62,948 nucleotides of DNA, filler included, from Reticulomyxa filosa (GCA_000512085.1; 21 parts of 21 records of this genome joined end to end with filler, not necessarily neighbours in it), one strand, 5' to 3'; shown: positions 10,830 through 24,458, numbered from the whole stretch's first letter. Translations and numbers: made by a program. The notes: generated from the sequence alone by a model not told the origin.

Positions 10830-12967
10830 GAAACGTGACGTACAAAACAGTGAAGATTATCCAAACTTTCAAACTTGTGAAGACAAAAGCCTTGAGTTCC
10901 AAAGCAAAAACGCATGGGAGTTTCGCTTGAATACACGAGGGTTTTGTGATTACCTTGGATCCTTTTTTTGTGTTGACCACTTGTCTATCCTTCGATTATT
11001 GCAATTTGTGTCATCAATCCCCAGTTATTCTTTTAATAACAGGAACAATGAAGTCATCCCTAATTACAAAGTTGATAATGGCTCGAGGAATACTGAAAAT
11101 AATGTTGGTGGTACAAAAAAATCAATTGGAATGGACCAAAGCATGTATTTAGAAGAAAAATCAGACAAGGTAAGTCAAATTTTGTATTTTCATTATTATT
11201 GACTCCTTTCTTTTGTTTACATAAGGATGTGCACACATTTGCAAGCACAAGATCGAGAGATGGGAACAAATAGCATCGAATAAAGGATTGGAAGAAAAAA
11301 GAGCAGATCATATGCAAGTTAAGTGTAAAAGCATTTTTTACTTTGATTGTATCCCTCTTAATCAAAGCCCCGCACTTTTGCACAGATTAGTATTGGAGCC
11401 TCTACGACAACTAAAAGCAAACTAAATGAAAACATTGTTTGGAAACAAGTTTTGTTCACTTTATGTTTTACCAATGTTATGTCACATTTGATAATTTATT
11501 GATTTACCATTTTTGTGTTTTCATTTGGGATAACAAATTGCAAAAAAAAGTTTCGTTGGTACAAGCAAGATGGCAGTGAGCAAAAAGAGCTCGTGTATAT
11601 TGAACAAGAAAATCCACGTGTGGATAGTAAACAAATTAACGGTGGATTTATAGTGCAAACAATGGAACGAAAATTTCTATATATCCCTCCTGGTGACAAA
11701 CGGATGGCGCAAATAGTTTACTACACTCCGTTTTTGAAAAATTTAGGCTGTTTTCATAACAAATAAAACATATAGACCCATGATCCAAACAATGAAGACA
11801 TGACTGCCCTTTATAATTTATGGGCGAAGCAAATGGAATTTGAAGCAGTTACACGCACTTTATTTTTTCCTTCTTTCAATGCCCTTTTTCCACTTTTCTC
11901 AAAGCTAAAAAAAATAATGAATGTGATACAGTTGACCGGAAGTAAAAAGTATGTTTATTACTATGACAGATATCTTCCAGGCAAAGTTGCCTCCAAAATT
12001 GCTCTTATAAAAGAATTGCTCGTGATGGAAAAAAGAATTTACGCTTGGGCAGGTGATAAATGTGCCTTATTGATAACACAAGACGACAAGGTATTTCTCT
12101 CTTTTTATTTTCTCAAGCATAAATGACCAAATAACAACAAAAAAAAGGTACCACCATTTGGCCGTGTGACCAGTTGGATTAATTTAGTTAAGCCAAAGTA
12201 AAAGAAACTTTTTTGTAGTTGTAATTATCACACGGGGGCTATTATCCACAAAAAAAAACATGAACAGACTCAATTACGAAGAAATGAAATATATCAGTTG
12301 AAACTGAATTGATATTGTTTATTTGTAAAAAATAAGGAAGTTGTAAGTAATGGAGCAAACATTAAAAATAAAAAAACAACAGAGAACTGCAAAATAAGAA
12401 TATACGATTGAACCAGCAAATCGAGGAATGGTCAAAATATTGTCAAACAGTGGCCGATGATAAATTACATTGCGAAAACAAAATGGCAGATCTCGAAGAA
12501 CAATTGAACAAAGCCAAGGGGAGAATAACAGAATATAAAACTCAACATAATGATTTAACAGTAAAATTGAACAGCAGTGAACAGGAAATACGTCCTTTAA
12601 AGGAACAGAACAAACAACAAATGCAGCGAATTTATTGTTTGATAAAAGAAGGTGACGAACAAATAGACAAAAACAGGCAACAAAGGGAACAAATCGGCAC
12701 TTTGGAAAACGAAAAGCAGATGCTGCAAGTACAGAATCGAAGTCTTATATTTGAAAATGGGAGACAAACAAAAGAATTACACGAACATCGAAATAAAATC
12801 ACACAATTGGAGTCTAATTATAAACTACTGAAGACTCAATTTGATGATACCAATACACAAAACAAAAAATATAAAAATATATTACATACCTTTAATTCTG
12901 AAAAAGTCATATTGGACGACGAGTTGGAAAGATACAAGCACCAATCCAATGAATTGAAAAAGTTGAA
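10830..12967 (+). CDS. Multi-exon protein: unnamed globular domain plus long coiled coil (3' end truncated)
   Basis: Series of exons bounded by GT/AG; the four-exon domain at 11550-12198 resembles 9291-9938; heptad-rich exon 12383-12967. Start not located. Confidence 0.6.
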
Positions 12968-14027
12968 NNNNNNNNNNNNNNNNNNNNNNNNNNNNNNNNN
13001 NNNNNNNNNNNTTAATTAATTAANNNNNNNNNNNNNNNNNNNNNNNNNNNNNNNNNNNNNNNNNNNNCTATGGTGAAACAATGATAATGACTATTTGTGT
13101 AATTTCATTTAGGAAAAGCAAGAAGATCAACAAAAATTTAAACAATGTCTTCATTTTAATGAAAATAATATGGATGAATTGATAACATTTTAAAAATATT
13201 ATGTCAAGTAAAGCAATTATATCATTCGACTATTCATAAACATATAAGACGTCTACTTCATTTACATTATATCTGTGCAATATTATTATATGATGAAAAG
13301 TTATGTAGTGTTCAATTTTGCTATAATAAATGGATAAAATGGATGCATTTAAATTTCTATCTTTCTACGAGAAGGGCAAGTGGAATTGAAAGTTGTTACA
13401 TATCGTGGATGTTTCCATATAAATATAGACGTGAAATTTTATTCTCAAAATCGTTTATGAGCATTTGTGATAAAAATGTATACACATGGAATGCAAATAT
13501 AGAAAATGAAGATAAAAATACATGAATAATATTGTAAAAATACATGAATAACATTGACGTGGACAAATTATACCTATTAGCGTGTCATTAAATCATTTTA
13601 TTGATCTTAATCTTATTTATTTGGTATTGAACAATTTTGATGTTTCGAAAGCACAATCATGTTTAACTGAGTTTGATCAATGGAAATGGAACAAAATATA
13701 AAAAAAAAACAGCAAATGAATTTGTAAAACGATGTTGTTGTAATTATAATGAAAAATTAAAAAATCAATATTGTTTACAATCAATAATATTACCTTTTGT
13801 TAAAAAATGAAAGAAAGGAGTAACAGAATAAAGAAAAACAATTAATTACAGAAAATGAAGAAAAAGAATTGAATGATATGAATGATGATTAAATATTAAA
13901 AGATTCAAGTTAAAAATAAGGGATTTAAATATCATTATTTTAAAATACGTTTTGGTAATATTATACTTATCTTAATTTGTTGATTTGATTAAATATATTT
14001 AAAAATAAAAAATATACATTGAAATAG

Positions 14028-14150
14028 ATGAGTTTTTCACCAAATGGAACTCAATTTAAATATATGGATATAAGTTTAGGAAAAGAGGCCCAAGATTAAC
14101 TGGACATTCAAGTTCTGTTAATGGATGCATATTTTTCATCAGATTGAAAT
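14028..14150 (+). pseudogene. Decayed WD40 remnant
   Basis: FSPNG..., then RLTGHSSSVNGCIF in a different frame, inside an AT-rich stop-ridden contig. Confidence 0.45.
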
Positions 14151-15586
14151 ATGATCGATTGTGTGGGGACATACAATTATGAGAATGTAATCTTATGCGC
14201 AGTTGGAGAAGGTCGTTATAAACTGAGCGCGCAAGCATCCAAGCGAGACAGAAAGTATTCGACGAAGAAGCATGGAGGTTTTTTGGAAGTGAGAAGAGCA
14301 ACAAAGATGTTTTATCATTGTGTTCTTGACAATGGAAGGGACTGCTCTTTTTTTAAATGAAAAAAAAAAGTTGGAAGTTTGAACTACTTACTTGTTAGAT
14401 AAATTGTTATTTTATTTCTAATAAAAAAAATTTGACAAAAATAAACCCTTTTCATCTCATTTCTCATAAAGTTTAAAATTATGTAAAAGATCTTTTTTTG
14501 AAATGTTTTACTTTTACTGATGGTAAATCCAAAAGTACATGACGTGGTAAAAAAAATAAAATAATGGCATATAACGAACTAAAGAAAAAGATTTCCTATT
14601 TAATGCAAATTTTGCACCTTTTAAATCATTCATTGATTAATTTTTTTTAACAATTATTAAACTGAATTAAATGAAAACCACAAAAGTATTGTTTAATATT
14701 TTCAAACAAAAAACATTTATTCAAGAATACTTTTCTACGTCATTTTATATGCAATGTTGCAAAGTCTTTTTATTTTGAAAGTTAATACTTTACCCTCTTT
14801 GCAAGGGAAAAAAATTTTTTCGATAAAGGATTGGCGTTTATTTCAAAAAAAAAAAAAAGAAATTACTTTTTTTATTTTCNNNNNNNNNNNNNNNNNNNNN
14901 NNNNNNNNNNNNNNNNNNNNNNNTTAATTAATTAANNNNNNNNNNNNNNNNNNNNNNNNNNNNNNNNNNNNNNNNNNNNTCATTTGATAAAACAAATCAA
15001 TAATACAATAACTAACTTAAATAATAGTTGCTGAATTGAAAAAAATAATTTTCTATTTACATGAACAAAAACAGGGCAACTCACAACATTATACCAAGGA
15101 CAGCAAGTTAAACGATTTTATAAAGTATATTTAAATACAATAGATTTTTCAACTCCAATAGCAAAGTATCAAAAACTCATTTGCTAACTAAAGACTAAAA
15201 AGAATTTAAATAATGTTAATAAAATGAAAAGTCACTCGGTGATTGTTTCAGTCAACTTCTTTTTGTTATTTCTTTGTTTACTCTTGTAATCAATTTACTT
15301 CCACTTATTGAAATTTATAGAACCGAGCAATATTTTTTGTGTTTGTTAATAATCTCTTATAGCTTCACATTATAACCATAACATTGTAAGACGAAATTTT
15401 AACCATTTCGTATCAAATTTTTCTCTAATTTTTTTAATTTTTTGCCAAAAACAATTATCATTTTGATTGGTCGTTTGAAAGCGAAATGTCTTAAGAATTT
15501 AACAAAACATTTGCAACATTTAAGCCAAATTCAATTTTATTGACAACTGTATTATCCACAAGAATTCACCTGACTTATTGAACAGG

Positions 15587-17458
15587 TTATTGTTTTGCTT
15601 TTTTGGTTGTGGATGCATAACTACCATCGCTTGCTCCACTCAATCTTCTTTTTCTTGATTTTCTCACAGTTTTAGTAGGATTTTTTAGAATCAACATTTT
15701 GGGTTTTACCATTAACAAACATGTACAAGAGTACTGATTATTTAAGTCGTACATGCCATAGTCTAGTCCCCGTTCGCTAACACGTATGGAATCGCGTAAC
15801 GTTTGATTTTTGTTTACATATGCTACATAGATTGAACATCTGTCTGCAAGCTCCATGCCAGTATTTTGAAGCCACTTTGGAGTTTTCCAATAAGTTTCTA
15901 AGTAACATTATTTAGATTGAGGATATGTAGAATATAAAGTTTAAGTATAAATTAGAAACAAAGAAATGTTTGAGCAAACCCAAAATAATATTCCAGTTGC
16001 AACGTGTATCCGTTTCGGCCCATTCTTCGATAACCCTGCCTAATCAATACAAACATACATCAATCCATTGACATAAGCACAAGGAAACAACTTCAGCCAA
16101 AAAAATAACAAAAAAAAAGTGCCTTCAAGATCGTTATTATTGTGATCAGATTTAAATTCATCACTACATTTGCCAATCACCGCGTTAATTTTGCAACATG
16201 TTACAAAAGAATAGAACATTTGGCTCAGTATTGTGTAAACGGCAGCATCACGTCCTTTTAAATTTGCGCGAGCGATTTTACTTTCTTCAGTCGCGTGTCC
16301 ATCGTAGCAACGAGAGAACACCACGCATACTCCTTTGTTTTCCAATGGTTTCTTGTTATTTATATCATACACATTTTTGGACAGCAGTCTTTTAATTTCT
16401 TCAATGACTCGATAGTCACTTGCCATTGTACCTATCAAAACTGCGATTTCTTGAGGTAGGTTTGTTTTAAACAGCTCGTATACGCCTTGTAATAATGTTT
16501 TGGCCACCTTTGTTTAATTCAGTGATTATTGTCAATTTTTTTTAACTTTACAAAGTAAAAAAAATAAATATTCAAAACTCGTTTGTCGTTCAAAGACATC
16601 GATGACGTTTCAATTTTTAACTTATCCTTAAAGTCCCTGAGGTCATCTCGATACTTTTCCGGAACAATCAAATTGAAAGCAATTGTAACGCGTCGTCCTT
16701 TGGTGATAGTTTTAATTTCGTGAGAAATGTCGGTGTAAAACGCCAGCCAGTCCATTGGCGGTGCTACGTCGCTTTTTTCTTCTTGTGATGGATTCCACTC
16801 AACATTTTTGCCTTTAAATGACAATATCAAACTACCACCTTCGAATCCTTCTTCTGTTGGTAATGATAGAAGCAATGTCCCAAGATGTCCATTTTGATAC
16901 TTTGTGTCCACACGATGCTCAAAAAAACCGCCTTTACACCAGACATAATTTTTTTAAATAACAATTATTAAAAAAAAATGTAAAGCACCCAACCTGCTTC
17001 ATAAACTAAAAACTTATAAGGCACTGCGGTAATATATTCAATGTGGCAAGCTAACTCAAGTCGAATTTTTTCTAAGATTAGGTTATTGCGTGAGTTAAGC
17101 CAAAACTTTTCCAGAACAAACTGTTTACTGCTAAGCTCAACTCCCGTGCGCACTCTTTGTCCATCTTAGTTTCTGTTCCATGCATGTAAGGATTCTCAGT
17201 GCCTATCTCTATGATCTTGGATAAAACTTTATCTTTTATGGGGAATGTTAATGGGTTTGCAAGGTTTCCCAGAGAGGGAATCTTCACAATTGGGAATCCT
17301 ATATTTTCATCATTAGTCTATTCTTTTACTCTAACGTGTATTATTTCTCGAGACTTTCTTTAACTTGCTTTGCCTTGGCAATGAAACGTATCTGGAAAAC
17401 CACGCACGAAGTTCTCAAAAGCATTAATAAATTCTGCATCTTCGAGTATCTCTACCAT
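15587..17458 (-). CDS. 2-oxoglutarate/Fe(II)-dependent dioxygenase-fold protein, possibly inactive or a pseudogene
   Basis: Spliced YKFLVYEAGGFFEHRVDT..GTLLLSLP..FEGGSLIL..WLAFYTDISHEIKTITKGRRVTIAFNL; basic C-terminal NLS-like tract RKSRKRR; 1-nt frameshift near 17155. Confidence 0.8.
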
Positions 17459-17670
17459 GTTCTTGTCTAATTTCTTTTTTGTGAAAGAAATGTTGTATTT
17501 TTTTTTTTTTGAGTTAGGACGATTCTTTCTTACTTTCCTTTCGTCCAGAGCAACTTTTGTGCATGTGGCCNNNNNNNNNNNNNNNNNNNNNNNNNNNNNN
17601 NNNNNNNNNNNNNNTTAATTAATTAANNNNNNNNNNNNNNNNNNNNNNNNNNNNNNNNNNNNNNNNNNNN

Positions 17671-17703
<33 letters not shown>

Positions 17704-17829
17704 GTACATATATGACCTTTTTTTTTTTTTTGTTTTGGAAAAGTAAACGAATTAAAACAAATGCAAAAACAAATGGAAGAACAAAAAAAAGAAGCATATA
17801 AATGGGAAGGATATTGAACCGGATGACAG

Positions 17830-20150
17830 GGACGTGGTGATCAACGAGCAGACATTTGAGCATTTGGGTGTCTGTTTGTTTCAGAAAAATGGAGATGAAG
17901 AGTGGTCTGAGCCGAGGTTTTTCAATCCAAAAATTTCGAATATTCCATTCGGGAATGATGACATTGTGGATGATGTCTTTGGATAACTCCTTCACGCTCC
18001 GTCGCAGCGACTGTTGCAACTTGAGATTGCCCAGCTGCAAGACGTCGATCACTTCGGACTCACTGAAGTTGGTGTCGGCAGATGCATCGTAATTCGAGGA
18101 AAAGGGATTGTAGGAGGCCTGATGGACATATGTTTTGACCCATTGAAGGATTTGTTTGGAAAGGAGAGGGGCGGATTGCGGAGCATCCGTGTCATGTCGT
18201 AACCAAGACACGGCAAACGATTTGCGAACGAAGAAATGGTTGTCGTTGATGGAAAACACATTTGCGAAGGATGACACAATGTTCATTTTTTGTTGCAAAG
18301 ACATATCTTGAGAGATGACCTGGTGGTCCTCTCGTAAATACACCGATTGCAAACACAGCCAAATCAATTGGTACCAATGGTCGGAAAGACCCCCGCCGCC
18401 GCGTTCATCATCCTTTTTATCATTGTCATTGTCATTGTCATTGTCATTCGCTGCCATCGTAAATTCGCGAGGATACAAAGTGATCACTTCGAAAAGATAT
18501 TGGTTCGCCAATTGAGCGTGCTTTTTATATTGACTAATGCAGCTGTTGTTTCGAGAAAGGATAATAATACTGTACTCATTACTTTGAAGCATGTTCGTCA
18601 ACGCTTGCAAGCAAGCCCGACTCGACTGAGATGACTTGTTTCGTGTGTCATTTTTATTTTCATTTTTATTTTTATTTTCATTTTCATTTTTATTTTTATT
18701 TTTTTCTTCTTTGCAATTACCTTTGTCTTTATCTTTATCTTTTTTTTTATCTTTATCTTTGTCATTATCTCCTTTATCAATGTTTGCGTGATCCGAAGCG
18801 GAAGAAACAAATATGTCTTGTTCCAACGTCCCAATTTTCTTTTTGTTGGACAAACACAGATCCGAAAGGTCTGTTTGTAATTGCTTCGCCAAAGTAGTTT
18901 TGCCCAGTCCAGGCAGTCCCTGCATGATTACAAGTATACCCCTGCGTGTCTTATGATACGCCGTCGGTGGCAATTGTTCATACTCGTCTCTTATCGTCTA
19001 TATATATGTATTTATAGCACAAAGAAACAAGTTATACGTACGTTGCAACTTTAAACAATTAATACATAATACATATACATAACATATATATATATATGTT
19101 ATGTATATGTATTATGTATTATGTATTAATTGTATAAAATTGCAAACAAACATGATTGGAATTGTCATAAATGGCAAGACTCTGTTTGGAGTTTAATTTC
19201 ATCCTTTTGTTGGGAGATGTATTGGGATCAAGGTTGTTGATGGAGGCGTGTGAGCGGGAGTAGGACGAAGGGGTATACGAGCGTGTGAAGTAGCGCTTTC
19301 GCGGAAGTGTGAGGCCTTGGCACTGCAGTACAAGCGTGTGAACTCATCAAACACATACATTTGACCCAAGTGTTTTTCGTTGAGCCAGTAGCAATGAAGC
19401 GAGGAAAACATGGGCGAGCACGCATTCGGCCCATTGCCATAGACTTGCTGTTTCACTTGCCAATTCAAACATGTCGACTCGTACCATTGCTGCAAGCACG
19501 TTTGGAGTGAGATTTTCGTCATTGCTCTTTGTGAGACGACGCACGAGCAGTGCAATGAGAATGCGATAGTAGTTATAAAAGCAATCGTAGTGGTGTTGAC
19601 CTTGCATGCCATTGTACATTTCCGATCGCAAATCATACGAAAACTCCTCATACCATAAGTACTCCTTGCAATTGTACACCAAGCGGTCATGACAGATGTT
19701 GGAAAGTGGGCATTTCAAACGTGCCCAAAAGTGATGCAAGAACAAGCCGAGGCGGTGCCAAAGTGGATAATAATGCGTCGACAGACAAGACATTCCATTG
19801 CCTTCCCACCACACACGCAAGCATTTGAAATGACTTCCTTCTAACATCCAATATCTTCCTCGTTGTTCTTGTTGCTGTTGCAGCTGAAATTGACTTTGCT
19901 TCATTACACACCAGAATTGTGGCAAACGCAAACAACCAGACTCCCATGACAATGCCTTTGTGTCTTTGCTTTGCAAGTCCAACAGTATATCGCTCATACA
20001 CACTTGCACTATTTGGTCTTCTTCCGCATTTTCGCACTCCATCACCTCCAAATACACATAATTCTTCGTGTTCTTTTCACTTTCGATGTTCGTCTTTTCG
20101 TCCTCTTTTCTTGTCTCCTCATTCCATTGTACAACTTCCTCGTGCAATTG
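17830..20150 (-). CDS. P-loop polynucleotide kinase-like domain plus probable start of a 2H cyclic phosphodiesterase (Trl1/CNPase-like), with unknown N-terminal region; partial
   Basis: ILVIMQGLPGLGKTTLAK (Walker A), LEQD, IIILSRNN, SVYLREDHQVI (compare Trl1-type RxxxRxxHQT), then RPLFISIFL (compare CNPase PLYFGWFL). Confidence 0.6.
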
Positions 20151-20165
20151 CTTTTGCATTTTATC

Positions 20166-20196
<31 letters not shown>

Positions 20197-20321
20197 NNNN
20201 NNNNNNNNNNNNNNNNNNNNNNNNNNNNNNNNNNNNNNNNTTAATTAATTAANNNNNNNNNNNNNNNNNNNNNNNNNNNNNNNNNNNNNNNNNNNNTTTT
20301 TTTTTTTAAAAAAAAAGTGTG

Positions 20322-21176
20322 ATACTTCGATACTTCATCATAATCATGCCACTCATTTCCCAGCACGGACAAGTCATCATGTTCGTCAGACTTGACATCA
20401 TCACCAATAGCAATAGTGGAATCTGGATCGTCGTATACGCCACCAGCAATAGTCATGCCGCGCATTTTGTTATACAAAGCCGGCTTTTGTGTATGACTGA
20501 GAAGAGAGGATTGATTCTGGACAAGATTGCTTTGCATCGCTCGACTGTTGCGTGAAATGGTGATAGGGGATGCCATTCGCACGTATCCTGCAAAAACGTG
20601 CGGCTTGTCACGCGAGGACTCTTTACTGTCGTGTTCTGCATTGGCATGTTGACGCTCGCGGGAATGTTCCGAGAACGGAGATTGCATTACCATTGACGTG
20701 TGACGCCATTGATCCATCCATTGCATCTCTCCGATATGCTTTTCGATTATCGATATGGCCTCTGCCAAATCTCTTTTCCCATTTGCCAAAGATACAATCA
20801 ACTGCAATCCTTCCACTCGAAATGTCCCGCGAATTTTCTCCATTAACTGTTGATTGATCACAAATAATACGTCTGGCATACAACATTGATTGAATTGCTT
20901 TTCACTCAGCACAAACTTAAACTCCAATTTTTTTCCTTCCTTCTTTCTTTGCTCCGCTTTATCCGGTACTCCTATTGGTCGAGTATACGGCCGTCGATTG
21001 TTCCAATTCTCTTGCAACACTCTTCCTATCCCACTTTCTTCATTGCCATGTGCCATGCTCGTCTCTACCTTCTTTTTCCTACGTTCTTCCGTCGACGGAG
21101 ATGTCGCATTTTGGGTATGGCTTTGCTCCAGAAACGGCGCATGTGTCAGTGGTTGGGCTTCACAAGGAGGGTGCAT
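20322..21176 (-). CDS. Hypothetical protein, N-terminal exon
   Basis: ATG-initiated ORF of about 285 codons, more GC-rich than flanks, ending at a GTATCG donor; no family recognised. Confidence 0.55.
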
Positions 21177-22092
21177 TACTTCAAACTAAATTTTCATTCA
21201 CCTTGCTCTTGTTCAATCTTAATATAAAATTATGCATACTGCACCCGCCCCCCCGTCCTCCTCCCCCCCTCCCCCCCTTTAGTTTTGCCGCAAAAAAACT
21301 CTGTACTGTAGTATCACTGTGAAAAACTTATTGACGACTTGTTCACGCACATTTTGAACCAAGTTGAAACTGTATCAAACCTAATCACGATTACACATGA
21401 TCAAACCAATTGAGAAAATCAGTTGTTTTAGGCTAAACATATTCCATTGTATGTTTTTTGAAAATATTTCATGATTGTAAAGCAGACAAACCTGTCGACT
21501 TTTAAAAAAATTTACAGAAATCAATAAAGATGAAATAAAAAACCAGAATCAAAATCATATTTGAAGACGACATATTTTAATTATTCCTTTTCATGGAAAC
21601 ATCATTTTTTTAAAAAAATGACAAAATTTTGCAATAAAAAAAATTAAAAAAATTGTTTAAAAATGCATTAAAAATAAAAATCATGTATTTTTTACAAACA
21701 GCAGCATTTGATAGTTTCGTATATTTTTTCTTTATTTAATTTCATAATTTCTTGTTCATTTCTGACTTTGATACAAAGCAATGATACAATATATCATCAT
21801 CAGTTAGTAAAATATGACGTTTAATAAATTGAAATATATTTAAATCAAATGCAATAATATTATTTATAAGATAATTGATAAATAACAAAAGATTGTTGCT
21901 TCCGCCAATCAATATACGCTTCTATAATAATTATCACTATGTATTTCAAAGCCAACTGGATAATTGTGATGATCTGATTTGTGGATATTTTTNNNNNNNN
22001 NNNNNNNNNNNNNNNNNNNNNNNNNNNNNNNNNNNNTTAATTAATTAANNNNNNNNNNNNNNNNNNNNNNNNNNNNNNNNNNNNNNNNNNNN

Positions 22093-22131
<39 letters not shown>

Positions 22132-22185
22132 TATCGTGTATACGTGTGTGTATGTGTGTATACGTGATGTTGCATGAAAGTACAA

Positions 22186-23451
22186 TGTGGTCCAACCAAA
22201 CCATAGAAAGTGATGTGGAATCGAAAGTACGTGCTGGCAATGGACTTTAATTGTTTTATCGATCAATATATCAACCCCCAAAGCGTCCAAGACACATCGC
22301 AGTACGAACACTTGGTGTTGTCACTGGCCTGCGTGCGTAAGATCATTCGCGACGAACACAATCAATGTCAATTCTATCTGCACACGGTGGACAGGATATC
22401 ACGACAAGCCATGAGCAAAAAAAACAAGCACATCAATCGAAAAAAGAGTCCACACAGTCAGTTCTTGCAATTTCGCTGCGACACGGCTCAACAAAGAAAC
22501 GAATGGTGTGAAGAGTTGGAGTATCAATTTCAAATTGTGTACGAACTGTTGAAGTTGCGTTGCATTCGATTGCGAGTCGCCGATGCCAATGGGTCATTGT
22601 GGCTTCCAACACCACATCTCCCTTCCGTTCCCCCTGTAGATGATACATTGTCTTCGTCGTCGCCTTCACATTTGTATCCCATTGTCACCACCTTTGCCAA
22701 TCCTCGATCCAACCAGCCTACTTGTACAACACACAAATCTACGGCGATACAGTCTTCCTCTGTTCATTCGGCGTCGTCTCCATCGTCATCACCATCGTCA
22801 CCGTCGCCAGCGCCTTCATTCACCACGCCCATGTCGCTTAGCACAAACGCATCTCCTTCTCTTTCCCTCTCGGTGTCTCCTTCACCCGTTCTGGCTGCAC
22901 TTCCTGCTCCTGAAATACCCCCCACTCATTGCCACCATGACGACTCCAACACAACGATCACTCCTCCAGGTCCTCTCAATCGTGTCTCTTTGAAGCCCAT
23001 GACAAATGCCAATGGGAGTAAACCAAACATTGGCACGGCTCTGACTTCGTTGATGACTCGTCCGCAGAAACAGAGACATGTGATCCACTCGGATGTGCAC
23101 AAAAAAAAAGGTACGAATGAAACTGCGAAAATACATTCGCATACTTGTCACAACCCCATTCCAAACTTTGTCGATACACGCCAAACTGATCACATTCACG
23201 CCCCTTGTTACTCCTATCCTCGGCAACAACATCATCATCCTGTACTGTCTTCGCACGTGCCACTTATTTCGCCTGACACTCAAAATTGCATGCCGTCGTG
23301 TCAGTACACAAACTGCTCAAGCATGTTCAATCTACCCATGCCGACGTGCTCCAAATCTTTCCCACGTCGAGGGCATGCTCATACTCGGAGGACTAATGAC
23401 GTCCCTCCCATTTCCATTGATCGCAAACAGCGCAAAAAAGATGTGTTTTAA
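22186..23451 (+). CDS. PH-domain C-terminal half followed by Ser/Pro-rich disordered tail; partial
   Basis: CQFYLHT...FLQFRCDTAQQRNEWCEELEYQF matches the terminal strand and W-containing helix of PH domains. Confidence 0.6.
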
Positions 23452-24458
23452 TTTATATCTTGCGACAAATACCGCAACAAAAGGATCAAAGGAGTGTTTA
23501 TATGGGGTGTTATATAGAGGAAGAGAGAAAAAGACTACAAAAGGGATGGAAAAAAACACTTGCAAAGAAAAAGTAAATAAAAAATTTGCAGAATAATATG
23601 CATTTGTAAAAAAAAAGTATGTGCTGTTTTCAAGTATTTTTGCCGAAATAGTTCGAAATGTGTTTTTTTTCCTCCATCCTTCCCTTTTTTATAAATTTCT
23701 CTCTCTTTTGGTGACAGGCTATATCACATTGGTTGTGCAATTTTAGTTTATTCAACCCAATAGTTATCGTTTTTTTGGCTTGTTCAAGCCATTCCTTTTT
23801 TTCAATTCTGAGTTTTGTTTTGTCTTGCAAAGAATTTTTTTAATGTTTATTTTTGAATTTTTTCTTTCATCCGTATTCTTCATTTGGCTTGTTTTATTTT
23901 GGACTTTCAATTTTCCTTATTTTTTGTTTTGTCTTGTTTCAGTGTTACATTTTGATTATGTTTTCGGTTACGTTCTTTTTTTTTTGTTGTTGAGTATTTG
24001 ATTCAGATTGATTCTTATTTTGTGTCCAGTTTCTAGCAGTACTTCATGGCAGGAATTCAGTGTATTCATAAGTATGTTTAAAAACGGTACCATAGCAAAA
24101 AAGCGTCCAAAAATCACCAAATATTTTAATTTTCTTTCTATAAAAGCTTGTGCAACAACTGCTAGTTTGTTAATGCCAAAATCAACATTATTTTGCCTTT
24201 CAACTAATTTGACTTGTTAAAATGCCAACAAAGACAGTCAGTTATTTAATCCATGTTTGTAGCCAGCAGATAGTAAATATTCTTTTTCGCTTTATTTTTG
24301 TATTTGAAGTCGACAAAAGTTGCAGTATGAGAATTGGATGTTATGATTTTTTGATTTTAGCAATCAATTTTGATGTAAATTAAAACCCACAACCGATAAA
24401 TGTTTGTTCACAGTATTTCACAATGTGCTGTAAACAACGAAAGCAAACAAACAGGCAC

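Noticed and set aside
23630-24350. Additional minus-strand gene between the PH-domain gene and the kleisin
   Set aside because: Only short K-rich open stretches with stops; no motif or consistent splice model.
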